Position numbers and translations under genes: made by a program. Under the pieces are notes generated by a model that was not told the origin of the DNA, ran no database searches, and saw only the letters and a program-made list of their open reading frames with translations. Positions 53,026 to 64,000 of a stretch of DNA of 64,000 nucleotides are shown piece by piece (position 1 is the stretch's first letter; every line of letters starts with the position of its first letter). The DNA comes from Leucoraja ocellata (lineage: Eukaryota): NCBI GenBank assembly GCA_036785375.1, contig JAWMAR010000406.1:1054001-1118000 (forward strand), written 5' to 3'.

Positions 53026-53795
53026 GACCTACAATATGCCCACGACTTCATTAATGAGAAACTTAAAACCGTCACCATTCATTGAAGGATTTGTCTTTGC
53101 AAAACCTTGGGCACCTTCATAGACAGTTCTTTGTCCTTTCACTAATTACACACAGATGGTTAGAAGCCCAAAAGAGCACCAATATAAAGTGAATGAAAAG
53201 CGCTAGAACCCACAATAGGTCTTTGCAATTTACAGCAAAATTAAATAAGTACGATTTTTGGGGGGGAAATAACTACAGTAATCTCACTGTAGCCTTCAGT
53301 GGAATAAAATGGTGGAAATTAATTTTGCAATCTGGAAAACAGCTACTTTAGGAATTAGATATTATGTAACTCCATGGAGTATCTTGAAAAAAACTTCAAA
53401 ATTATCTTAATTTTTTTTCATAATACATTTCAACAAAGTGAAATGAGTTGTCCTGCTTTCCCAGCAACCCAATGCCACATGTACATATCAACTGGCAACT
53501 CCAAATCAAGTTTTATAAGAAAAATATTTTTTTCAGTAGCATTTTAGTCTTTTGTATCAATTAGATTATTTGGAAAGTGTTTGAACTGTAAGCACGAGAC
53601 AAGATATTTACTCTGTTAAAGATGTTTTACAAATGCAAGTTGTTACTGTTTGTGATGGAACCTGAACTGATCAAATGTTACTCGTTTCCTCTTTGTTGCA
53701 TCAAACTTGCATCAGAAAAAGAAAAGTATTCTCAAAATGTTCCAGTTAAAGAAGTGTCTATTTTGTATGTTCATTAAGAAGCCATATATATAAAC

Positions 53796-53801
53796 AATAA
53801 A
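53796..53801 (+). terminator. Likely ANGPTL7 polyadenylation signal (alternative AATAAA at 53303-53308)
   Basis: AATAAA ~770 nt after the stop, with upstream TGTA and a downstream GT/T-rich tract (gtggtattttcc). Confidence 0.5.
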
Positions 53802-54339
53802 TGCAGTTCTTAAAAAAAGTGGTATTTTCCTTAAGAAGAAACGTTGGGTGGCAAAACTAGTCGTTATTTTATACTCTTCACGATAGGCTGTGGTTATTTC
53901 CTGAGACAGGGCAAATGTAGCCTAGTACATGCCCTTAAATAACTTTGCAAGGCAATCGCTATCCGTTAATTTCACAAATTGCCAAGATTTGGAAAAATAA
54001 TAAAAATAAAAACCTGCAGGCATTTTCAAGAGGAAAATTAAAGTTTCTAGCATCAAATTAAGATCATAGGATCTCACAGCAAGATATTTGGTACAACCAT
54101 ATACTCTTGTTTCCTTCTGCTTTAAGACTTCAATAAAGTAATTTAAGGCAATCAAAGGCATTTCAAAAATTTCTAAGACAAAATGAGATGACAAGTACCC
54201 TCATCTTACTCGGCCCATTCACATTTGCTCTCTGCAGTTTGATGTTAGCCCAGGGGCAAAGGCTCACCACCAACCTTTATACTTTATATTTGTAGTTCCA
54301 GATATAGAACTGATTTTCACATGAAAAGGTTTACTCAAA

Positions 54340-55500
54340 TTTTCCGACCCACAGCAATGTGGTTGATTCTGATCTGCTCTTTGAAGTGGACACACAGTAG
54401 GGCACTCAGTTGCATCACAACCAATGCAATGAAGCAAAAGAAAAAATCTGATTGATCACATGGCATTAATCAAGGTACCTGGCTAAGTTGCGCCAAGCTG
54501 TAACCCCACCCACCCTCTCAACTTGGCCAGGTTCTCCTCACAAAGCTGGTGCATAAATATGGACAAATGACCTTAATTACTGTTTGCCATCCTTCCTCTG
54601 CTCCAAGTGTTGAATAACACTGAGAAGAACCAAGGGCACCTGAAACTATCAAGGGCAGAGTACTCTGGGTGGGGAACTTCAATGTCCATCACCAATCAAT
54701 AAGAATTACTTGGTAGCACCATCATTATCAAGTCCTGAAAGACATTTGCCACACTGGGTCTGTGACCAAGCGAACAAACTAACACAAGGGATGAACCTAC
54801 ATAACCGCACTTCATCAACCAACGTCTGTGCACAAGAGCATTGGCAGGAGTAGCCATCAAACAGTCTTTGTGGAGACACACCTTGTATCCAGCACCAACT
54901 TAAATGAACATCGCCCCAATCTATAACATTATGGCCTCACTCCATCGTCATAAATAGTTTAATAAGAAGGTTAGGAAGCCTTTGCAGTAGTAGAACTAGG
55001 TGCACCTTAAAATCCAGCATCAACCAAATGAAGTGGAAATACATGCATGCTACATAGCATGCCATAGTCAGAAGCAAGCAGGCCAACAACCAAAGGATCA
55101 GATTCAGGTTCTGTGGTCTTGCTGCATCTTGTTGTAAAAGTTGGTGGACAATTAAACAGACAGCAGGAGATGACACCAAGAGCATTCCCATCCCCAAAGC
55201 TGGGGTGAGCTGCATTCAAGTGCAAAAGACAATGTTGAGGTAGTAGCATACATGTCCAGCCAGGTGTGCCAGGTCATTCCAAGATCTCCACTGCCACAGA
55301 AACCAGTCTTTGGCTAACTTGAGTCACACCAAGTGGTACCAAAAATGGTCGAGACTATTGTACCCTGCAAAGGCTGTGAGACCAGACAATATCCCAGTTG
55401 TATTATTGATGTCTTGTACAACTAGGAATTACCCATCTCTTGCCAAAACCATTCCATTACGGGCACAACGGGTGCATTTTCTTGACATGTGGAAAAATGT
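54340..55500 (+). mobile_element. Old LINE remnant (endonuclease to RT linker), same family as 21450-22745
   Basis: gtggggaacttcaatgtccatcac (VGNFNVHH, APE GDFN motif) and KAVRPDNIPVVLL. Confidence 0.65.
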
Positions 55501-55519
55501 TTTTCACAAATAGCATGGA

Positions 55520-55806
55520 AAAAAAATGCACTAGCTTTGCGTTTTCACCCAGCAAACAACTAACAATGACCCATTTCCTTTATCATCATCACTTTTCTGC
55601 ATATCTTTTATTCATTGTTCTTTATCGCTATACATCATCGTCTATATCTCTCGTTTCCTTTATCCCAAACCAGTCTGAAGAAGGGTCTCAACCCAAAACG
55701 TCACCCATTCCTTCTCTCCAGAGAGGCTGTTGTCCCCGCTGAGTTACTGCAGCGTTTTGCATCTATCTTTGGTTTAAACCAGCATCCTGCACTTCCTTCC
55801 TACACA
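55520..55806 (+). repeat. Longer Penelope-type terminal repeat copy
   Basis: Same core at 55671-55706; homologous to the reverse complement of 58888-59140. Confidence 0.75.
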
Positions 55807-55954
55807 AAAAAATAATAAATCTGGCTAATGACTGCCCAATCAATGTAATCTTCATCAAGCATGAGACAGGAAAAGTGCGATATTTTCTTGAAGACACGAG
55901 GAACTACTTAACTCTTGAACAAAGCACAAAGTGCTGGAGCAAGTTTGTGAGTAA

Positions 55955-56246
55955 AGGGCCTGTCCCACGATGCAAGTTCACCCAAGAGCTCCCCCGAGTT
56001 TAAAAAAAAAATCTAACTCGTGGTACAGTACCTCATCACGAGTATATTTTTACTCCTGGAAATTTTTCACACTGTTGAAAAAATTTCACGAGTTTCCACT
56101 TTCCCCAAGTACCTGCCGTTAGCATTACGAGCCGCTACGAGACATCCACGAGCTCCGATGTACCCGCTACGTACTTACCACGAGTTTGATTTTTGTTTTA
56201 AACTCGGGAGAGCTTTTGGGTGAACTCGCATCGTGGGACAGGCCCT
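55955..56246. mobile_element. PIF/Harbinger-type MITE inserted in a Penelope-type repeat
   Basis: ~70 bp TIRs AGGGCCTGTCCCACGATGC... / ...GCATCGTGGGACAGGCCCT; flanks TAA/TCA (imperfect 3-bp TSD); related end fragment at ~33155-33195. Confidence 0.8.
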
Positions 56247-58887
56247 TCAGTCAACACACAGTATGTGGAGGGAATGGACAGCTGATGTTTCGGGTCAGGA
56301 CCTTTCTTCAGACTGCAGGTTCTGAGATTTGGAGCAGGAAAATGGTAGGGAAGGTTTTGATATTATGTACTTTGAGGAGATGAAGGCAGGTATAAAGATT
56401 TTAACTGAGAGCATGGTAATATCAAATCAAACTTTAATTAAGCAAAAGTCAGACCCCAGTGATGGCAAGTTTTAGTTTAAAGACCAGTGGCCTGCAGCAC
56501 AACAAAAAAGTCCAAGAGAGACAAGGGGTCTTGAGAAAGAATCAGATAAACACAAAATGCTGAAGTAACTCAGGGGGAAAGAATAAGTTAGATCATGAGG
56601 TCATTTAAAAAAATGGGACGACTGGGATAGGTATAAGAAGATAATGTTACAATGTGTTGGAAGTTTCAAGAGCATGATGTCACTCACAATTTATAGCATG
56701 AGGTGAAGCTGACTTCTCTCCTTCAAGGGAATTATTAATTCAAATTCCAAGTAGAAGAACTAAAAGCAGCAAGCAAGTTTAAGCAGCAACTCCTTCTGTA
56801 AATAAATGGCCTGAAAAGTTTAGGCCATTTTAGGCTAATTTCATGTAACTTCAAGTAAACATCGGTATTCTTGAAATTTTGTCATAGTCATATCAATCAA
56901 CTTGCTATCTTGCTCCCAAGCAGCATGAAGACATTTTTCAAAGTCCATCTTCAGAGTTTCATTGACCGTTATACTGAACAGTCCCACAAAGAAGCTAATT
57001 TATTTCTCATTATCTCATTATCCATTTCTGACAGAGCCATCGCCTAACACATTATCTTTTTTTTTGTGAGGATACTGATAATCTCACCATGTATTTTCAG
57101 CAATTGTTATCTGGGTAGAAAGTCATATAATTTCACAACATAATGCACATTCAATGCAAGTCTCTTGGCAACATCTGTTTTAGCGGTGTGAGCACAGGTC
57201 TGAAAATAAATCACTGTTTTTTTTAAAAATAGAGAAACTTATACATCTATAGTAACACATAAAACAAAATCTGTTGAAATTCTTATTCATCATTGCATGC
57301 ATTCTCCCTTTGTTAAGTAATGGAACGAGAAACAGAAAACTTTCCTTGCCAAGAAATGAAAGAGATACTGGGAATGATGATGATGGTCTACTTATAATGC
57401 ATTGCAATTTATTACACTCAACTTTTTTGGCAAGGCTTTAAATTAAGAATGGCATCATGAAACTGTTGAAAATTAACTTGACGGAGAGTAAAATATCCAC
57501 TCTGCCTAGGTGTGGGGTATAGTCCACAACAGAAATGACAAAGAACAATTTAGATGTACTATTGCCCTTTATTATATTACTATATATTGTCATCCTTGGA
57601 GAATTTTCATAATACATATATCCTCAATAAGCCATTGAGACAATCGACACTGCCACTGCTTGGAGAATCCTCGCCCCCATTTGTTTTACTGTAACATGCT
57701 CACTACCAACTACCTAGATTCTTCCACCAGTCACCTCACAGTAACAGAATAACATGACAACCAGCACCTACTTGGGATGTGTCGATGATGTGTCCCCCAG
57801 AATAGGGGGACGTAATGTGATCACGGGAAAACATGCAAATTCTACACAGAAAGCACCACGAACTGAGAGGCACATGCACAACTCTGGTACCACAGTGTCA
57901 GTCTATAATATAGACTACTACAAGGAAATCTAAATCCACCACATACCAAGAAAAAGGGCAAGTTTATCTTTTGGAGTCTTAACATTAGTTTAGCCCACTG
58001 TATTGTCTTGTATTGGATGAATGTTTATTGTCGGGGTATTTCAGGTTTGAAATAAGAGTTAAAAAAACAGAATTTAAAAGTGGTTCAAAAAAGTTGTTTT
58101 AAGTTACAAAGTTATTTTTAAAAGAAATAAAAACATATTTGATAATTGCCAATAAATATAATTGTATGTGGCTAATGTAGATTATTATGCTGAGTTCCAA
58201 ATGAGATTAACTGAACAATTTTCATGCAGTGAACTACCAATTCGCAATAAAGTATACCAGCCAAATTTCAAATACCAGTCAACCAGCTAACACAGTGGAA
58301 GTCTTTAATCATGAAGGTTTCAAAGGGCATTCAAAGGAAATAGAGTGCATGACTGAAAGCAAATTTTGATTACTTATGGATTCAAATTATTTCCAAAATA
58401 AACAAAATGAGAACCTGCAGCATGTTACACAGGTTGCTTGAAAGGTGAGTCAAGTGTGTGACTGAAACATACTTCAACTTTAATGCATTAGGAGTGTTGC
58501 AATGCTGTTGGTGCTTGAGGGCTTCAGAACTCTGGCTAAATTAATAATATATTCTGCACGTTTGATTCTGATATAAACATTAAATCCCAATAATATGAAG
58601 CAGCATATAAAATTCAAAAGCTGCCATGCAGTTTTTGGTCACAATTGTATACACAAACTATACTTGTGGAAACTAGAATTGAATGAAAGCTTTGTCAAGA
58701 CGTCTTAAGGGAGGGGAAACAGGGCTAGTTATGGTGGCCATACACCGGTTCAGATCACAGGCCACCCTCCCAAGCCAATTATATGCCCCCCCTCCCAAGC
58801 TCGGGTATTCTTGATAAGGAAACACAGTGTGCTCACTGGTAAACATTCTGGGACCAGAGGCAGTATAACTGAGATGGCAAGGACAAT

Positions 58888-59140
58888 TTGTAGGAAGGAA
58901 CTGCAGATGCTGGTTTACACCGAAGATAGGCACAAAATGTGAGAGTAACTCAGCGGGACAGGCAACATCATTGGAGAGAAGGAATGGCTGACGTTTCAGG
59001 TCGAGACCCTTCTTCAGACTGAAAGTCATGGGAAAGGGAGTTGAGAGATATGGAAAGGTAAGGTGTGAAAATGACAGATCAAAGCAGATGATTATAAGGC
59101 TATGTAGAATGGTTCATTGTTAGGGGAAGGTGACAAATTA
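58888..59140 (-). repeat. Longer Penelope-type terminal repeat copy
   Basis: tgtaggaaggaactgcagatgctgg...gacgtttcaggtcgagacccttcttcagactga. Confidence 0.78.
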
Positions 59141-59329
59141 ATGTAAATGTTTGTTTGTTTTAAGTTGTAAATAAAGTTATTTTATCATAGAAAGGAAATA
59201 TGCAACAAATATCATAATATCGTGGTGCATAGGAACAAAGGCTGCTTAGTGTGTTTGTTCATGGGTTCTTAGAGGACAGATTAATAAGATGGTTAAAAAT
59301 GACGGCTTTCTTCATAGGCAGGGCATTGC

Positions 59330-59725
59330 ATAAGAGAAGGGAACTGTATAAAATGCCACTTCGACTTGCCAATTGCACACAACCCTGGTCATATTTCAGA
59401 AACCTGGGGAGTGAGGGGAGGAGGGTGCTGCCAGCATCACAAATTAATAGCTCCAAGGAAAGACAGGGTAAACTGGAGTTGTTTCCTTTGGAATCAAGGC
59501 ATCAGAGGGGTTACTTAATTCAGGAGCATGAAATTCTGATAATGTAGGATGGACCCAGAGACACAGATTTGTAGTACTTGTTAATTTCGAAATTAACAAG
59601 ACACCCTCAGGACATTTAAACCATACTTTGACGTGTTCTTACAAAGCCACTATTTGCAGAGTTGTCGATTTTATGCTGGATGGTGGGATTAGACTTGGTA
59701 GTTCTTGAAGCAGTACAGAGATGAC
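59330..59725 (+). mobile_element. Very degenerate CR1 3' fragment
   Basis: KLELFPLESRHQRGYLIQ resembles the CR1 LGLFSLEKRRLRGDLI motif. Confidence 0.55.
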
Positions 59726-61358
59726 GTGCTGTGAACCCTCCGTATGTGTCATTATTTTTTGGCAATTCCATTATATCTCATCAATGACAAATAGTTTTCT
59801 TTGCTAAATTCTGAATACTCACAAACAGAAATCTAAGACGCATTTAACAGCCACTCTTTAGTTACGCACTTATATGTTTTACATATCTCTGCAGTACCTT
59901 CTCCTTCATCACCTTAAAAAGCAGCAAATTAAAGGCCAGTTTTAAAGTTGCATAATCTGGACCGTTAATGGAATATAAGTGGAAAAAGTCAGAGAAAAAT
60001 AATTATGAATACATCTAGCAGAAATATTATTGCATGAGCACCTAATCTCCAGCATGCATACTTTGCAAATTGTTAATCACCATCGTTGAATCAACCTGCT
60101 GGTAGAATTGACTTCAATTAATACAACTCCTAAGAAAAACAAAATTAATTTTTTAGGATGTTAGATTGCGTTTCATTTAAAAAAAAAGAAATTAGACACA
60201 AACTTATTGCTCATCACAAGCCATCTCCCATTTTCAATGAGCTTTAACGGGGGAAAGCTATTCACTCCCGTCCATAAGAAATCATTAAGTTAATTTATTT
60301 TTACCTAGAAAAAACAAAATAATCAAAACTCATTTTAATAGTTTCCTACTGACCTTTCAATGAGATTTATTTAGATCTCTAAACTTGAGGGTAATTCTTC
60401 AAAGATACCAAAATGAAAACTAAACTATGCAACATATTTCAAACAATGTACTTTTAACCACATTAAGAGTGGAGACATTTTCCAAATGTAAGTGCATAAT
60501 TCTCAAGAGAGAAGGAAAGGTTTGAAATCTGGTTAATATAAATGTAATGTAAAGACAACATGTTCTGCTTTTAAAATCATCATTTTACTTACGCAGCTGC
60601 TTTTTTAAATATCTGTTTTGACAATGAATATATTTTACTCAGTTCACATTTTCAGTTTAGATGTAGAAATTCAGTTTGTAGATTTAAATACGGAACACTT
60701 CTTAGGCAATGCTATCATTAACTAGCTCCACTTTGACTAAAGGTATACTGCCCTTAACATGGAATCAACAGCATGTAATGGCAAACCAGCGGGGAGTGGA
60801 AACAATACTGTACAACCTCATTGTGGGCGATATTCTACTGAATAAAATTGTACAGTATTGCTTTCACTCCTTGCTGGGTTGCCATTATATACAGTCAATT
60901 TTGCATAGGGGACGGTACCAATTATGTGCCTCAAGCAAATCAATTGTTAAGGTTGCAAATTTCAAATATGCATACTTTTTTAAACTACAACCTCAATAAT
61001 TACAACCTGGAATCTTTAAATTGAACCCATTTCTCCCTCTCTTCAATATATGCAACCTGGAGACTTTACTTGAGGACGAGTGCTGGAAATTGGATACGAG
61101 TGGGCTACATTATAGGCTGTATTGCATTCATCTCCTGTCTCCTGTCAGTAATAACCACTCCATTGACTCCAGATGGGCTGGATATCAAAAGCCAAATGCA
61201 GTTTTACTTTTTTATTTTCTCCAGGTCCAGTGTGGTTGGCCAGTTTATCTTCCAAACCACAAAGATGTTAATCATTATTGTCTTTTGGACCAACTGCTGC
61301 AAACAAAACCAGAGTACAGTAACATGTGTGGCATTTTAAACAAAGCAGCTCTACCTAC

Positions 61359-61504
61359 CTAATTAATGATTCAAGAATTGCAGGGCAAGGGCCTTTCTGG
61401 AACTCCAGCTCTTTATAATGCAAGGCTTTGGCATATGCACGACATTTAGCTGCTCTCTCTCCAAGGAGGACAATGCCATTATCATCTCTCAAAGGTAGAG
61501 GCCC
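61359..61504 (-). CDS. MTOR: MTOR internal exon (~human exon 28), 146 bp
   Basis: [48 protein letters not shown](S); catcag| acceptor, |gtaggt donor; phase 0 in, phase 2 out. Confidence 0.97.
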
Positions 61505-61729
61505 CTGATGAAAATGAAGAAGTTAGCCAGTTTGCCAAGATTAAGAAATTGATTTGTTCTTATTATCCTAGTACAGATTTACAATTAGTAAACAAAAAAT
61601 AGTAGGAATTAACACGTTTTTGGGGAGGGGATGCTAGAATGCAAGTAGAAGGAACCTGCAAGAATCAGAGGTTATGCCACAACTTATTTTTAATCTACAT
61701 CATTGACAAATGAGGGCTGTATGGAATGT

Positions 61730-62310
61730 ATCCAATTTGATACAAAGTTAGGAGAAAGGCAAGCTGTGAAACAAGATAGAAGCTGTATAGGCTTCCTTAG
61801 CAGAAAGGCTTTAGTCGAAAGAAATTATGACATTGGTAATGAGTCAGAAAACATTTTTTGCCAATCTTACCATATTGCAGTATATTAAGAAACCAAGTAC
61901 AGCAAGCAGCAATGAAGCAAAAGGCACATCAAGCTTCACTGTAAGTGGATTGGGAGTATAAAAATAAGGAAGCCTTGTTGTAACCAAGAGGCTTTGGTGA
62001 GATTATGCCTCGAGTGCCAGAAACCAGTTTTGGTTTCCTACTTGCCCAAGAGGGCATGCAACAAAAGTGCACTTGAATAGGTTAATAGGAGAGTCCATGA
62101 TTAGAGAAGGAATATAACAGGCCTATATCTTCCAGAATTTTGAAAACTGAGGTGCATACATATAGAAATTATTAGATCCTGAGAGGGCAAAAGCACAGAT
62201 GCTATTTCCCTGGCTCGATTGACTGGAATGAGGGATTATGGCTTCAGGATGAGGTCAGCAATTTAGAAGGGAATGGAAGAAATGACTTCACTCAAAGTGT
62301 GCAAGATCTT
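61730..62310 (+). mobile_element. Very degenerate CR1 fragment
   Basis: gatacaaagttagga (DTKLG), gagtataaaaataaggaagccttg, gctttggtgaga, gacttcactcaaag. Confidence 0.55.
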
Positions 62311-62404
62311 GATTGAAAACATGTATGCTTGAATGATATTTCGTCATTTCTTTGACTGGATACCATGCAACAAAAAAGCTTATTACTCTACCTTGGTACA
62401 TATG

Positions 62405-62858
62405 ACAATAATAACATTAAGCTAAACTAAATCTTAAAGATAGAATAGAAACATAGAAAATAGATGCAGGAGTAGGCCATTCGGCATTTCAAGCCAGCGC
62501 CGCCATTCAATATGATCATGGTATATCATCCAAAATCAGTACCCCGTTCTCCCCATATCCCTTGATTCCATTAGCCCAAAGAGCTATCCCACCTCCAAGG
62601 AATGTGAGCATTCAATGTGCATTTTCACCAAAGGAATCAAGGCATTTGGAGATGGGCAAGGAAAACAGTGCTGTAAAAGTTCTGCCATAATCATACTGTC
62701 AATAATAAAACAATGATAAAAATAACTAAACTAAACCTTAAAGATATCCCACTTCTGAGCGATGTGAGCATTCAATGAGCATTTTCACAAAAGGAATCAA
62801 GGCATTTGGATAAAGGCAAGGAAAACAGTGTTGTAAAAGATCTGCCATAATCTTACTG
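62405..62858. repeat. Local tandem duplication of ~150 bp; first copy interrupted by a CR1 tail (~62442-62585)
   Basis: gtgagcattcaatg-gcattttcac-aaaggaatcaaggcatttgga...ctgccataatc-tactg occurs twice. Confidence 0.88.
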
Positions 62859-63181
62859 AGTAGTGGACAGGCCTTAAGATTCTCCATGCTCTACTAGCTG
62901 CGCCACTGCACTGCCTGTATTTTGATAAGCGTGAACATTTATAGAATTTGATAAGAGACAACCTTTCCTTGGAAAGCGAAATAAAACTGACAGATTCTGG
63001 AAATTTGACATAAAACAGAAATAGCTGCAAACACTGCAGGTCATGCAGCATCTGTGAAAAAAAGAAACAGAAATGACATTTCAGGTCCGAGAATGTTATC
63101 TTTACTTCTCTTTCTGTAGATGCTGTTGGACCTGCAGAGTGTTTCCAGCATTTTCGGTTTGTGATTTGGCTTCTCCTTTAC

Positions 63182-63344
63182 CTTGTCACTGTGCTCCATG
63201 AACTCAGCCAGGTTAAGCAGTGTTTGCGTGACCTCAGCAATGTCCTGGGAAATTAAAGCTTGCTCAATACTTCTGATCAGCTCATCTTGCTGAGATTCAT
63301 GCAGTTCCGACCAACAGGAGAGGAAGGCTGCATTAAACAGGTCC
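63182..63344 (-). CDS. MTOR: MTOR internal exon (~human exon 27), 163 bp
   Basis: Minus strand reads (R)[54 protein letters not shown], recognisably mTOR; acceptor ...atacag| and donor |gtaaag. Confidence 0.97.
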
Positions 63345-64000
63345 CTGTATTACAAGAAAGTCCAAAACGTTAACATGTAGTGAGAAAAACAAATATCAAA
63401 ATATTTGTTCACTATAATTAAAAAATGAAAAATTAGAAATGTAGTTTTAATCAAGCATTTTTTACTTATGCTTACAATACAGGAGACGGCCATTTAACAC
63501 ATGGGGTCCATTCCAGTTCCAAGAGTAGTAATCCCTTTGGTCCCATTAACGTTATCCCTATTTCCTTGTATCCTTCCAAATTTATTTATGACTAATTTAT
63601 TTCCCTTTTACTGTGGGCACTGTGTGGACTGATTACTCTCCAAAGTGGCTAATTTCCCAGTGCAAGCCTAGACAGAGACTGTTAACTGTTCATTCAACGA
63701 TGGACAGCAGTGTCAAAACCAGATCGGACCCAGATTTTTCACTGTGGCTTGGAAACTTTGGCATTTTTTCACCGAAAATATATAATTGCCTTCCCAGACT
63801 GAACCCCCAACCCTATGCTAGCTCATTTTGGCTTAAAAGAAAACATCAGTGCATAAACATTAGCCAAATTACCTCAGGTTCAAAAGCAATAGGGTTCCAC
63901 ATTGGTGCTTAATATTATTGCTTTCTTGTACGAGGTAAAAAAAAACTTACAGCTTCTGAAAAAATTATATTCTCTCATTGACAGCAGAATAATTTGCAAC

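Noticed and set aside
1-64000. Strand bias of LINE insertions relative to MTOR; prokaryotic systems such as CRISPR, retrons or DGRs
   Set aside because: LINE fragments occur on both strands in similar numbers. The DNA is intron-containing vertebrate sequence, the RT is CR1-type, and no regularly spaced repeat-spacer array exists

Overview
Eukaryotic, AT-rich vertebrate DNA. The repeat content suggests a cartilaginous fish, probably a skate or ray (inference). The whole window lies inside the MTOR gene on the minus strand. Four internal exons are present (63182-63344, 61359-61504, 28805-28880, 20407-20546), matching human exons ~27-30 at the HEAT/FAT boundary, all with GT-AG boundaries and consistent phases. 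A complete 5-exon ANGPTL7 gene (348 aa; CDS 44759-53025) is nested on the + strand in the ~32.5 kb intron. The rest is intronic and repeat-rich: CR1-clade LINE fragments (one with an intact RT frame), a Rex1/Babar remnant, tRNA-derived SINEs, Penelope-type repeats with hammerhead-like cores (often as fold-back pairs), Tc1 remnants, hAT and Harbinger MITEs, a CpG-rich element upstream of ANGPTL7 and a 179-N gap. The most unusual observation is a decayed tandem copy of ANGPTL7 exon 4 that keeps its splice acceptor and has an in-frame stop. No CRISPR, rRNA or true tRNA genes were seen. Most ORF-track entries are spurious. Repeat boundaries are by eye and approximate.
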